A stretch of 64,000 nucleotides of DNA, taken from contig OZ234493.1 of the NCBI GenBank assembly GCA_965153455.1, forward strand, positions 25,534,213 to 25,598,212. The letters are read 5' to 3'. Below, piece by piece: positions 37,480-51,429 of this stretch; the first letter of the stretch is position 1; each line of letters starts with the position of its first letter. The notes under the pieces are model-generated. The model was not told where the DNA came from. It searched no databases and saw only the letters and a program-made list of their open reading frames with translations. The DNA is from Sphagnum compactum (lineage: Eukaryota). The translations under genes and the position numbers were made by a program.

Positions 37480-38830
37480 CGTAATGAACTCAACCTTGAG
37501 AGGAGGAGATTATGGTACCAACAACCAAATTTACAAAAAATGTTCATTCCTACATGTGGGTTTCTATTAGAAACGGTCACAAGGTGAAAACAAATTTGTA
37601 TACTACTACTTTACTATTTAATACTGCAACAATAATTTTATTATTTTGTTTGTTTGACCATAAAGTAGGTATAGGGCCAAACCCATATAAATTTGAAGAG
37701 GTCATTCACACTATTGTGTATGTTTTCCACTACATTCCAAAGGAATTGGTTTGGAAGATGACACATGTTCAATGTTCATGGAAAGAAAGTTGAATGGGAA
37801 TTCACACATAAATAATAAGGGCACTTTCACATTCAACATACCCATGAAAAATTGTCTACCTACCCTTTCACATTCAAGTTTGGATCCCTAGTGCCTTAGA
37901 CTTTTTACTCTACATGCAATGTTGGTGACATGAATCAAAACAATTCCCATGGAAGAATTCTAATGACCATTACAACACTTTTGACAAAGTCCCACCATGA
38001 TCCCACAACTCCATTTAAAATGGTGACTCAATTTGAGATTATGGTGATGAAAATTACGTTCTATCATATTAATGACATTTTCAAAGGACAACCAATACAA
38101 CAAAAGAAACTTGTCGTGTTGCTACTTATGCAAATGGTGTTGCTTAGTGTTCAACACTCATAAAATGATGAGGGCCAACCGTAACCCCATGTTTCCTTGG
38201 ACACCTTTATGATCATCACCATTCACAAAATCTTCAAAAGTTTTTGTGGTTTAATTATGATAATATGGTTCGATCTGCAAGTGGAGTTGTACACAACTTG
38301 AAACACAACAAACCACCTCTTCCCAAGGTTTGGCCTATGAACTTAGGCATAAATATTATTCAATATGAACCTAACACATTGGGACGAGCAAGTTTTGTTC
38401 TTGTTCATGGTGCACCTCCTATTACACCAACAATGGAATTCAATGAACTTTATTTTCTTCTAGGAGTTGCCCCTAGCAAGAAAATGGATGCAAAATGCAT
38501 ATGAAACAATGTTTTGCCAATAAACATGGTCAAGATGAGAGATGTTACCATCTTGGATCCTAAGGTTACCAAGATCACATTCACACCTCAAAGGCATACT
38601 TACATCTATGAACTGTTGGTTTATGAATCCACTATCAACACTTTGCCATGCACTTACTTTGTCGCAATTGGTGTGTTCCCAAGTTGTACTTGTCTAGATT
38701 TTGTTTACAATGCAACAAGTACCTTCTAATATAATCAAGCTATTACCTTATTTGTAAGCACATGTATTACATCTATAATGTGCATTTGAATTTGATAGGA
38801 GAAAATTAAACACACTAGCCAACATTGGTT
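37480..38830 (+). mobile_element. Decayed SWIM zinc-finger-containing (MULE-like) transposon relic
   Basis: YFVAIGVFPSCTCLDF (CxC at 38685-38693) followed after a frameshift by ICKHMYYIY (38750-38776) gives a SWIM CxC…CxH pattern. Boundaries are approximate. Confidence 0.5.
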
Positions 38831-39967
38831 CGAATTTGTGTAGAGAACATATTGAAGTTAGATTATGGTGGATTTTTTTCTACTACCTAGTTGCATTATT
38901 GGGAATATAGTTCTTAGTTCATGGTTTGGAACTTTTCAATGAAATCGTTCACTTTCATAGATTTTTGGGTTCTAATTTTTCGTTGCATTTTTCTATCCAT
39001 GAATCAAAATTGCGTTTATAAAGTACTTGTTTGTGTCCTATTGACCTTTTCTTTTGTTGATTTCCTTTATTGTGGAAATGTTTTCTAGGACTTATTCCAT
39101 GCATGGAAAGATTTGTCGCTAAAGTGTTGTTTTTCAACACATTATAGATTACCCCACTTCCTTGGTTGCTTTCACATTAATTACATTGTTTTCAGAAATA
39201 TTGAATTAAAAAAATAAATCCTTGTTGTTGAAAATTTATTGTTTAAAAAAAATTTAATAATCCAAAATTTGATGAATATATAACCAAAAATTGTTTGGTT
39301 GTTCCACATTTGTGTGTCAAAGTTACCAATGGACTTTGGTAATGCCCATCAGTTTAAAGATTATACACAACAACAAGTGCAGATCACAATTGTTGGGAAA
39401 AAAAATTCCTTTGATTATTACTCATATTCTACATTACACTTGTTCCAGAATTTTGCATGTTTGTGTGCATTCATCTTCTTTACATCCCTTCAGTTGGATG
39501 TAATTCTTTTATTCATCACGAATGAATTCAACCATGGGTGCACAATATTACTGATAAATGGATGAATTACATCCAAATGGATGGATGTCATCCATCTCGT
39601 TTGGATTGTATCCGTCTATCCAATAAATTCATCCATGTTGTGGTCCATATTACGTTTCGTATTTAATTTGAAAATTGATGAATATCATCCAGCAATGGGC
39701 GTAGTACTTGTTTGCTTTGACCCATTTTTAGGGTTTCACTATATGAAAGCGCACTCCCACCCACAACCCTCCCCCGTGCAAAGCGCACATGATTTGTCCT
39801 TCGTGACTTTCAGAGGATCTGTCTGCGGGTAATCCTCTCTGCGTGTCTTTGTTTTTGGTTGTTTCCGGACGGGAATAAGAAGAAGAAGAAGAAGAAGAAG
39901 AAGTTGTTGTGGTGGTGAGTGGGAGAAAAAAAGGAGGAATTTTTTTTCAGAGTTTTGAGAACGAGGT

Positions 39968-42375
39968 ATGACGACAGCCGCACGGCCAACGTGGGCGCCC
40001 GCAAAGGGAGGCCATGAGCAGGGTGGGGTGCGTATGTTTGGTCCGTCTCAGAAGTTTTCCTCTCGTGACCTTGCGTCGCATACCAATCTTAAACTCAGGT
40101 TTTGCTTCCCGACTCCTTACTTTCCTTCCCATGCGTCTTAGTTGGTGTCGGTTCCTTGTGTTCACCTTTTGTGTCTCTGTCACCGGGAGGCAGGGGGATG
40201 CTGCATGTGTCTTGATGTGCCCTCAGATGATGCAACTCCGTCTTCCTGCTTTCTGAATTTTTAACAACTGTTGGAGAGTCACAAAAGCACCTCCACAACC
40301 TTGGAACAGTATATTCCGGTGAACAGAGTCTCATCATATCTGCATGACCTAAAAATCCAATTTCTGTCACTCTGTTACCATGAGGAAATGAAGGTTGTTC
40401 CTCAGTATTTGCTGCAGAGAATTTGCAAGCAATTTCAAACAAGCTCAAAGTTATGGAGAAAGTAGAGTTATGATCATGTTTGTTGGAACTGCTTTAGGAA
40501 GGATGGGCAAGACACAACTGAGGACTTACGCAAGAGGGACCTCAGAGATGAGCTTGAGGATCGTGAACGTCACCACTTTTCTTCAAAGGAGAGGAACTAT
40601 TCAGGTATCCTGTGCAGTATGGACTGCCTCTCTTGAAAGGAGTAATTATTCCCTACAGTTGAAGAGACTCTCAATCATACTTTGATTGGCAAGTTTCACA
40701 TCATTGTTCTTGCTGCAGTACGGTCTCTTGCTGTTCCTTCTACACAGAGACACTTAACCATGCATATATTCTGTGGAGCACAATCTAACAGTAGCAACTC
40801 CCGTATTGGCAGCTTGGGGACAGATTTGAAATATTCTTAATACTTTCTCACATCAAAGTTAATAGTTTTCTCCTTCCGCTGTCCTGTAATCCAAGGCCCC
40901 ATGTACGTAGGTTAGAATTTTCAGTTCCTCATGAGATCTTTGCCCTTGTCAAAAACCAGTTAGAAAGGCAGGTTGTTGGGTTCTGTTCCAAGTTCTCTAT
41001 GTTCGCTGACACATGTGGATCATGTTTCATGACCAGATGACCGGGATCGCAGGAAGACATCTTCAGCAAGTGGAGGGTACTTGGAAGGTATATACTTGTG
41101 ACTATTTTCATGATCTTGTTCACATCACCAGGAAAGAAAGAAAGTTACATATTTGCTTTTGATATGAATGGTTTTGGAATTTTGCTTCTGCAGGATCAAA
41201 GCGTGATGCAGAGGACAGGCTGCCTGCGAAGAACTTAGATGCTGATGACTCTGATGCAGAGGCCAAAAGTGATTCTGATGAAAGGTAGTTTCCTTTGCAC
41301 AAGACTACCACTATGCTTGCACCAGGATGTCAGTCTTTTCATGTCCATGTTTAGGAATTTCCCTAGGTATCTTGCAGGCTTTGGTGACATACCTTGTCCC
41401 CCATTTTCCTGTGGCCTGAACTCAGCATTCAGTAATGATGGCAGTATCTACTTGAGGCCCCTTTCTAGCCACACAATTTTAATCGACTCATGAACTCAAA
41501 TCTCAACGTATAGGAGGTGTGGCATTCAATGCTAGCAGTGCCGACCTTTCAATTTCCAGAAACCAGACATCAAGTTTGAATTTGCATTTTGTTTATACTA
41601 TTTTGTTGTGTTGGCAGTGATGAGGAGGATGATACAGCAGAGTTGCTTGCTGAGCTTGAGCGTATCAAGAAGGAGAGAGCTGAGGAAAAGCTGCGCAAGG
41701 TTCCCCATTACACCTCATCATTCTGTGTTTGGAGGTTCTTGTGTTTCTTTTGTAAATGTTTTGATGTCTCTTTTGTTCAGAGTTCAGTCATAAGACTCTA
41801 GTGATTCTTACCACCAGTCTTATCACTGGAAAACAATCTTTGTCCTATGTTGAGATACGGAAACCTAGACCACAGATACCGCAATGTTTGGTGCAATCAG
41901 TTGTGCTGTGGAATGGATGGCAGGAACGGCAACAACAAGATCAAGAAATGAAAGTGAAGGAAGCAGAGCTTGTGAGGGGCAATCCCCTCCTGAATCCAAC
42001 CTCTTTCACTGTTAAGCGCAGGTATGATGAATTTTGATTTGATGGTTGCCCGGTCCCTAAAGAGTTGATTGAAATGAAAGGTAGGTTGATGCACAGCCAG
42101 CAGACTCAGGATTGTGCCTTGTCAGCAAGTAATTGAAAGCAGTGATAAAATGTAGTTGGATCTGCCAGACACTGACAACATGGTAGATGTTATCTAGGTG
42201 TGCATAAGTAGGCTGTATGTTGGAGTGCCCACTGACCATGTGTCATTGCAGGTGGGATGATGATGTTGTCTTCAAGAACCAAGCACGAGGAGAGCTCAAG
42301 ACTGCCAAGCGGTTCATCAATGACACAATCCGGAATGATTTTCACCGCAAATTCTTGAATAAGTACATGAAGTAG
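39968..42375 (+). CDS. CWC15: Spliceosome-associated protein CWC15, ~227 aa, 7 exons
   Basis: Exons 39968-40098, 40498-40604, 41037-41087, 41194-41284, 41618-41699, 41924-42021, 42252-42375 (684 nt). [64 protein letters not shown] and [20 protein letters not shown] are present. Confidence 0.96.
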
Positions 42376-45184
42376 TATGGTCTGTTGTCTGTAAACATCA
42401 AACTTGTTTTCAAGCTGCAAGTTCTTTGTGTGGGTGTCCCAGATTTGCATGGGCACAACATGTTACATGAGAGGCATGGATATCTTTAGTTTGTGGGAGT
42501 CCTTTTGGTGTTATGACATTGTACTCTGGATACCTTCCAGGCTTCAATTGTAGGGTGTTCACAGTCACCCCAGTTTCATGATCCACATGTATGTGATCAT
42601 GCAATCCTTGGAGGACTTGTATTTTGTTTTAGAACCAAGGTTGGACAGCAAAGGCAGCTAATGTCAGAGAACCCTGTTCATGTGGTGGTTGCATGTAAAA
42701 ACAGGTGCCTGTATCATCATTAACTCTGAACTTTGTGCACCTTTTTCAGAAAGGTTGCTTCACTAAGCTCTGGAAAATGTGCATCTCAGTGACACAATGT
42801 GTGCTTTTTTAATGTCTTCTGTTAAATCAAGCTTTTCCTCAAGGCTTCTGAGCTGGATATGCAAGGGTGTATAAAGCACTATGCCACACTTGGCGAAATA
42901 TGAGGGAAACATCCACGACACTCAGGATTGGGATGATCAGTGAAGACATGGCCTAACCTTAGCTCTTAGCCCTCTCTCTGTCTTCTCATGTGATATTTGG
43001 ATCTGAAGGGGAAGAAGGATCGTCACAGAAGGCTTTGCTGGTGTGTTGTGATTATAAGAAGAAGTCTGGGAGCTTGTAAACTTTTATTGTTGCAGTGGGT
43101 TGGTTGCAGATGAGCAGAAAATTGGAGCCACAATGATTCTGATGGCTGGTGGGCTGGGATTTTCTTTAATACTGTAATGTGGTGAGGAATGAAGGTCATG
43201 ATTGAGGTGGCCTCCATGACAGGGAGAGAAGGCAAATCCTTATGGCGGAAGTGGTAGCTCCTTTCTCGACTTGTGTAGTGGGACATCAGAGAGTTGTGAA
43301 CTCTCAAGAGGTAAAATTCTGCACAAAGTGATTTCAACTCTCTTTTTCCATGCAAACTGTTGCATACTTGATTGAATGCTTCTAGAAACAAAGGGTATGG
43401 AAGGTGAAGCATCATGGGTCAATAGCTTATGGATTAGAAGCTTGCAGACCAACTTGCAAGTGAATGCAGGTCCAAACACACCGAAAAGCCCATCAGTTGT
43501 AGTCCACCATGCCTGCCACGACTTGGGTGACTGAATTGACCAGTGCTGGGACTTTGGTGATTTCAAGTAATTGGGGTAACAGGCATAGCACCATTCTTCT
43601 GTGGAATGTTTTTGTGTAGTGTATGGATTCCAATCTTTCAAGGCCTTGCTGTTCCATGTTAGCCTTTATCATTGTTCAAGCTGCTGCTCTCTGCAGTCTC
43701 CACAGTGCATTTACCTGCCAATGGTGGAAATCTCCCAACCAATTATTTGGTTCCTCTGCTGATGTATGCAGCTGTTATCAAGTTTGAGTTTGAATTATGC
43801 TCCTTGTGTCTATAACACGCAGATTGAAGAGCAGGAAAATGATCAGTGGCTTGATAATGCTTCAGGATTGTGGCATTGTGCATATTGGTATTTCCTCTGG
43901 GTATATTGTTTGACAAATTGAAATGTGCCATGGAGCATGCACCTTAGAAGGCATGGCATCTCAGTGGGTTTTGTTTCATGTGGTCACAAACATTTTCTTT
44001 ATATTCATTCTTGTGCTCCCGTGTATGCCTGTGCAGATGACAGCACAAAAAATTAGTGACAAAATTAAAGACTGTAGGACATGAAGCGCACAAAACAGAC
44101 CCAAAGTTCAACAATGTCTTCTTTTACATTGGTTTGAAGACTCTCACAAAGTAGCTCACAACACACATTCCAGTTTGACATGTGAAAGTATGTGATTGAC
44201 AACAAGCAAATACCATCAAAGTTTTCATGCTTGCTTGCCGGAGTTGTTCATGTTTTGGCAATTGGAATGTGAGAGGGTAAAACATCTCTGATTCCATCAA
44301 TCTTTTATTGTTCAGCACTGTCCATGAATCCTTCACTGAACTAAGGCTCACCTGTTTCCATGCAGTGGATTTTTGTCTGGGAGTTATCAATTCCCTCATT
44401 GCAATAGAAACAGGCAGAATTTTTCAGACCAAAGTCTCTTGTTTTCTCCTCAGGTTTGCTGTTTCTTTTAGTCAACTGTGAAAACTTCACTGTCTTTGCT
44501 TGTCTTCTTTTCTATGCCATTTGCTCATCATCTGTTTTGTGCCATGGATTTTCCACACTCTTATGCAAGCAAAACTCTGTGCATCTTTGCTCATAGTCCT
44601 CTTCTGTTTTGTGTTGTTGTGCTCGTCTTCTGTTTCATGCCAACACTTGGGGTGCAAGAGAGCCCAGTGCAATTGGAATCTATACAATCTCATGTCAATG
44701 CAAACAACCCTAGCTTGCAGAAACAAAAGACAAGCAGTTCTTAACAGAAACAGAGACGAAGAAGTATAGAAGTCGTACTAGTCTAGATTGTAAAACAAAA
44801 AACAGAACAAGGCTGCGAAACCGTCGGAGAATAAAGCCGCAGAAAAAGCCGTGGAAGATGGGCCCCATCATCAGCATCATCATCAGCGGCAGAAAGGAGA
44901 GCTACAAGTGTTGCATCGCCAGCAAACTAGAGGCATCTCCTGAAAGATCCTTCTTGCTGGGCCGTGGCAAGCGCACATGGACTCGTTTGTTCACTGCGGT
45001 TTTGCATTCCCACATCTCATGTTTACTCTCTCGTTTCCTGATTCCTGTGTGTCTGGTGAGAAGATAGTCAAGAGCTGAAGAAGGCACGTTGTCAAGGATA
45101 GTATAGAGAGAGAGAGAGAGAGAGAGAAATAAAGAGAACGAGGGAAGAGACAGGGACGACCGAGAGAGAGAGAGTGAGGGTGGA

Positions 45185-47905
45185 ATGGCAGTCACGGTGC
45201 TGCCTGGAGCTTTGTCGCTCCACATCCCGCATGAGGCTGCTGCTACTTTCTCTTCTTTCTCCACATCCCGTGCGAATCTCTCGAGCTTGGAGTCCGTCGT
45301 CTCCTGCTGCTCATCATCATCATCCAATTCGGTCGTGGCCGCAGCACAATCTGAGAATCTGACGAAGCGATTGGGGAGGACTCGAGGTTGCTATCAAAAT
45401 GCAGCTCGGGGTCACGTTCTGTCTTCACGAGTGTCGTCGAGGGCTCTACTGCCTCTGTTTGTTTTGTCTTCGGGAAGCTTATTGCGGCAGCAACACAAAG
45501 GCAGTAGTAGTTTGCTGGGAGGAAGGATTAGACCACGAGTGCAGACGGTGAAAGCCTCTTCCTTGAAGGATAGCCAGCGAGAAGCGCTGCAGGAAGTGGA
45601 AGGTCGTTCTTCAACGCGGAGGGAATTGGATGATGAGAGACAACAGCAGCAGTCCGGAGCAGATGGACAAGAGCGGGAGCAAGATGGAGCTGAGCTTTCT
45701 TTGCAGGAGGAGAGAGAAGAAGAACAAGAACAAGGTAGACATGCCTTCACTAATGTTAGGGATTTGGGGCTTCCTGCGATGGAGGATGATGCAGTTGTAA
45801 GTGTTGTGAGTCAAACGGAGCAGGCGAAGGAAACAGAACAAGTGCAACAAGAAGAAGACGAGGAAGATATGTCTGGTGCTGTCACAGGCACTGTGGCTGC
45901 CATAGTGTTCCTGCTCGCCTTCGTAGGTACGATTGGTGCAGCGGGGTTTTTCTACAGGGAGCAGATCGATGATATCCTCACTCAATTCTCAGATTTCCTT
46001 GAAGGTAGGTATACATTGTTTGTTATTCCCAACTCCTCTTCCTGTTTGGATCCGATTTCCATCTTCTGGTGATTCTTTAGAGCAGGTTTCCTCTTCAGGA
46101 AGTGGGGAGGAGAGCTTACAGTGTGCAAACCCTAAATGGAGAGGAGCAAGCTGATTCTGTTTTTGCTTGCTTTGCTTGTGGTCCCTGCTGCTATGTTGCA
46201 TCACAATTCAACGTGTTTTATAGAGGGTGGGAGCTTTGCTGTTTGGGGTTTGGAAAGACTCATGTTGACCTCAAAAAATGAACATGAGATGGTGACGGAA
46301 TGGCTATTATTGCAGGATATGGATCTGCAGGATATGTGCTATTTGTGCTTGGGTATGCTGGCCTTGAGGTATGTATGTGTCTTAAACCCTCAAGTTCTGT
46401 TGTCATCTTTAGAGTTGTGCTCCATGGCTGAAAGCTCTTGCTCCATGGCTGAAAGCTTGTGATCATGGGTGTGCCTCTTAGACCTTGTCTTACCTCCTGT
46501 TTGAAATATCCATCTTTACACATTGAGGCTGGTGTGCAATGAAGCTGCAATCAGAAAACTCTCTTTCTGCAAGAGCCACAGTTTCAAAACCTGAGAATTT
46601 CTCTTATAGAATATAGAATTTTGAGAAGCAGGTGCACAGCATCAAACATGGTGTGCTTTATTGTTTCCTGTCAACTCTTTCTTTCTGGCCAATTTTTGTT
46701 GTGTGAGTTAGCATTGAATGCCAAAGATGTTGGATTGATGTACTGTAATCATGTGTGTTGTGTGGATGTTGGTAAGCAGGTGCTTGCAATACCAGCTGTT
46801 CCTTTGACAATGTCAGCAGGCTTACTGTTTGGCAGTCTATATGGCACCATCCTGGTTTCCATTTCAGGCACGGTATGCTTGTTCTTCTGTTACCTAGATG
46901 TTGTTTCTGAAAGTATTGAGCTACCCAGTTGTGCTGGATAGGTGAACTTTGAATCTCTATATTCATGTGACATGCAATGTGCTGTGGGGCTGTACTGCAG
47001 CTTGCAGCAACAGCCTCATTCTTGATTGCGCGCTATTTGGCTCGAGACCGCATAGTGGCCATGGCCAAAAACAACAAGAAATTCCTGGCTATTGACAAAG
47101 CCATAGGTGAGGACAGTTTCCGGGTGGTGACTCTGTTACGGCTGAGCCCTTTACTTCCTTTCTCGCTTGGAAATTATCTGTATGGTCTCACCTCAGTCAA
47201 GCTACTCCCATATATACTCGGAAGGTACTTATCTGATCTGATATGTAAACAGCCTGATATTCTGTTTTTGATGTTATGAAACTACCTTTTTGATGAAGAC
47301 ATTTCTTCTTGAAGTGCACACCATAGTGAATTTACATGTGTTACAAGTTAATGAGTATTTCGTAGCTCACAACAGTTGCAACAATGTGCAGTTGGTTGGG
47401 GATGCTGCCAGGGACATGGGCATATGTAAGCGCAGGAGCTTTTGGAAGGGCTTTTATTGTGGGTGCCTCTCTCCTTCACTTCGTAGACCTCCAAAGACTC
47501 TGAAGTCTCACCAGTGCATGTATGATCTGTTAAACAGATGCTTTCTGAAAAAGAGCTTGGACCAAAAAGAAGGCAATCTTCTGAATCAGTGGGTTTTTCT
47601 GTTTTCCAGAAGCAAGAGGCGGAATCAATGTTCCCTGGTGGCCCTGAGCAGTATTGGACTTTGGGAGTAGGACTGGTGGCAACAATAGTTGCTGCTACTT
47701 ATGTCAGTCGTTTGGCAAAGGTTTGTCACTTCCTCTTCATCTGTCTGCCTTTGGACCCTGATCTTGAATTCAGTGCAGAAACTGAGTGTTGTTTCTTGAA
47801 CACCAGCTTCAAACACTTTGATGCGGATTGGCAGCCATTATATTTTGCATAAATTCTGAAGACACTTTCATGCTCATGCAGGAGGCAATCAAAGAGATTG
47901 ATTGA
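45185..47905 (+). CDS. TVP38/TMEM64 (SNARE-associated, VTT/DedA) membrane protein with probable plastid transit peptide, ~463 aa, 7 exons
   Basis: Exons 45185-46004, 46316-46368, 46780-46872, 47001-47224, 47392-47458, 47610-47720, 47882-47905. Motifs GLEVLAIPAVPLTMSAGLLFG, ASFLIARY.AR, LLRLSPLLPFSLGNYLYGLTSV and GSWLGMLPGT; the N-terminus is Ser-rich. Confidence 0.92.
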
Positions 47906-48335
47906 AGATTGGTGGCAATCAAGTCAAACCAAGCAAATGAAAAGATTTATCTAATCAGTTTCCATCACAAAGGAAGCCCTGTTACTCGGTGTAGAGTTGA
48001 TCATTCACACACTGAGTAGATTTGATTAGTGTTAAGGACTCTGATACAGAGATCAGGTACACAACTGTTGTATGTACATACTACAAAGTATGTGTGAGTG
48101 GTGACAGTGGAATGCAGATAGAAGACAATGATCTGAGTGGTGACAGGAGGAAATGCAGAATACGATATAAGTAGGTATCTGCAAAATGTATACCTACTTC
48201 AATTGCCAGTTTCAGGCCTGTGAAATTGTATCATTTTTTGCACAGAAGAATAACTTGCCACTTTTTTATAGCAACTTCTCCATTGTGAAGTAGATTTCCT
48301 CTTCATGTCTCCATGAAGACCACAAGCATGCAACA

Positions 48336-48460
48336 TGACAATGTCATTGCTGAATTTCCTTCATGAATGCCAGTAGCACAAGCAGTCATCTCCCTGAACA
48401 ATGCAAGCATGACAATGTCATTGCTGGATTTTCTTCATGAATGTCAGCAGCACAAGCAGA
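48336..48460. repeat. Tandem duplication (~73-bp period) upstream of RPS9
   Basis: atgacaatgtcattgctg.att..cttcatgaatg.cag.agcacaagcag at 48336 and 48409. Confidence 0.8.
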
Positions 48461-48590
48461 TCAAAAAACACTGGCAACAAAAAATTCAAGAAAACACAGC
48501 AACAAATTAGCAACTAGTCAATCAATCTCAAGCGGATCCCAACAGGGGCAGGGAAATGGTGGATTTTGTGAAATCTCAGCCGTTGATAAC

Positions 48591-48598
48591 TAGGGTTT
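48591..48598 (-). promoter_or_regulatory. Telo-box (AAACCCTA) upstream of RPS9
   Basis: TAGGGTTT at 48591-48598 and a near match at 48625; telo-boxes are typical of plant ribosomal-protein promoters. Confidence 0.55.
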
Positions 48599-48620
48599 GG
48601 CGGGAACAAGACGATGATGA

Positions 48621-49514
<894 letters not shown>

Positions 49515-50579
49515 AGCTGTAAGTCAGGACCATATGTCTTTCATGGTTCCGTAAGTGATTTTAGAGGTTTTGGTCAAGTTTATTCAGCAGTAAAGGGAAT
49601 TTTTCCCCCTTGTTTTGGAAATATGTTTGTATCCTCAAAAACTACTTTGCACTACCATGGAACTGGGCTCAGGATTTTGTATGCCCCAGTCGTTGCATGC
49701 TTGGTTCTTCAGCTCATTCAAACTGCTCCTTAATTCTGTCTTGCGGTCTGGATTTCTCTTTCCTTTGGGGTGGGGTTTCCTCTATTTCATGTTTGCTGGT
49801 TTTTCAGCCAGATCTGAAATACCATTTCCTTAAGGTAGGGTCATTTCTTGATTCTTTTTTGGTTGTCTAAAATTGTAAGTACAATTGGGAAATCCTCAGT
49901 ATTCATGAAGACTTTGATTCTTCAGCAAGCTTGGCAAAAGTTATGGTGGCTTCAGTTTCTTCAAGGATTATTGTGTTGGTGTTCATGAACTCGGTCAATT
50001 ATCTCTGTGCCAATGGATGCGAACAAGACTATCCTGGACAGGGTTGCTCATGACAGATTCAGGATACTGATCGTTAATGAAGATGCTAAGAGAGCTACAT
50101 ACAGCCATGTCTACATTTTGTTTGTGCTGTCCAGCCTGAGTTTATGAGCATTACTAGCTCAACATGTCTGTTGAGTAGGTCTAAAGGTTTAGGGCAGGGT
50201 TTACGGTTGATGCATGCTGTCAGATTCCCAGAAGCAAAAGGAAGACTTAGTCATTATGTTGACTACTGTTCAAGGACAAGGTTTTTTCTATAATTGTTTA
50301 CTTGCAATTTTGAGCAGATCATTATAGATGGTCCCATACCTTGTGAGCTCACAAGGTCAGAGCATTGCTGACTGCACTTTGCATATGGCATAGCAACAGA
50401 GCAATACAGGTGTCAGGGAGGAAGATACACGAGCTAGGTGCTCAGCAGTGGGCCAGAACACTAAAAGTCATTACGCTGGCTCATGCAAGATGCAAAACTT
50501 TAAATGCTCCCTGGAAAGCTTGGTCAACAACAACCATGTGAGACTCCCAACCCCAGCCTTTGACAACCAACCTGTGGAA

Positions 50580-51027
50580 GGGCAAAGTTTTCTATGCTAA
50601 TGAAGAGTGGCAATTGCAGTGGAACTATCTTCATGTTTCCCAGGACCACAGGTGTTGGGCAAAATTTGTGAATTTTGGGAGTGACTCTCTGATCACTTCA
50701 ACTGCCATAGGCCAACACAAGGGGCAGAGAGATCCAGCAGGAGCTTGAAAACCAAGTGAGGCATGATCAAAACATGAATTGGCCAAGTTTGTGGGATTAT
50801 ATGGTCGAGCCTTGGTGCTGAACGAGAGTGAGCTAACTCTTCAAGATGCATTGCAGAATGTGTTTGAATTGTATAAAACGAAGCACCCTAGAGGAGCACA
50901 GTTCTTGTTTCTTCACTGCTGTCTGATTTTAAAAGACATCCCTAGGTGGTCTGATAGCAGGGAAGAGAGTAAGAATACTCCACCGATGAAACATCAACTC
51001 AAGCCTTCTGAACCCATATCTGCCTAA
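50580..51027 (+). pseudogene. Decayed PIF/Harbinger ORF1-like (Myb/SANT, NAM-associated type) sequence
   Basis: Broken ORFs read EE.QL…YLHVSQD… and KHELAKFVGLY…NES…D….ELYK..HP…FLFLHCCLILKDIPRW (cf. FxFxHCWxxLxxxPKW). Confidence 0.6.
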
Positions 51028-51429
51028 CTACTGCCCAGTTAGGCTCTAGAGGCAGATTTACACATTCCGGTAAGTCATTCATAACTCAATGTTAAGGATT
51101 CTCCAAATTTTGTAAGATTCACACATTAAACGTGAACCAACATCGAATATGATTTGATTGCTAATGTGGTAGTTGGTGTTAAAAGAATGTTAAGGAAATG
51201 TTAGGAGTATGGTCCCTTAACGCCAAATCGAAAAAAAACTTAGATTTTCAACTAAGAATTAGCTAGTAGCCCATAAAAAAGCTTTTCAACTCACTGTTAG
51301 CATTGTGAACCAATGTTGTGTAAGCTCTAGCATCATACACCCACCCATCCACCTATTTGTCTTCCTACTTACCTATCCATCCATTCAGGTACCTACCACC
51401 TTCCTAATGGAGTAAAAGAAACAACATGC

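Noticed and set aside
43097..43135. GWLQMSRNWSHN, resembling the expansin W..MSRNWG.NW motif
   Set aside because: Isolated short match with no other expansin motifs nearby; probably chance.
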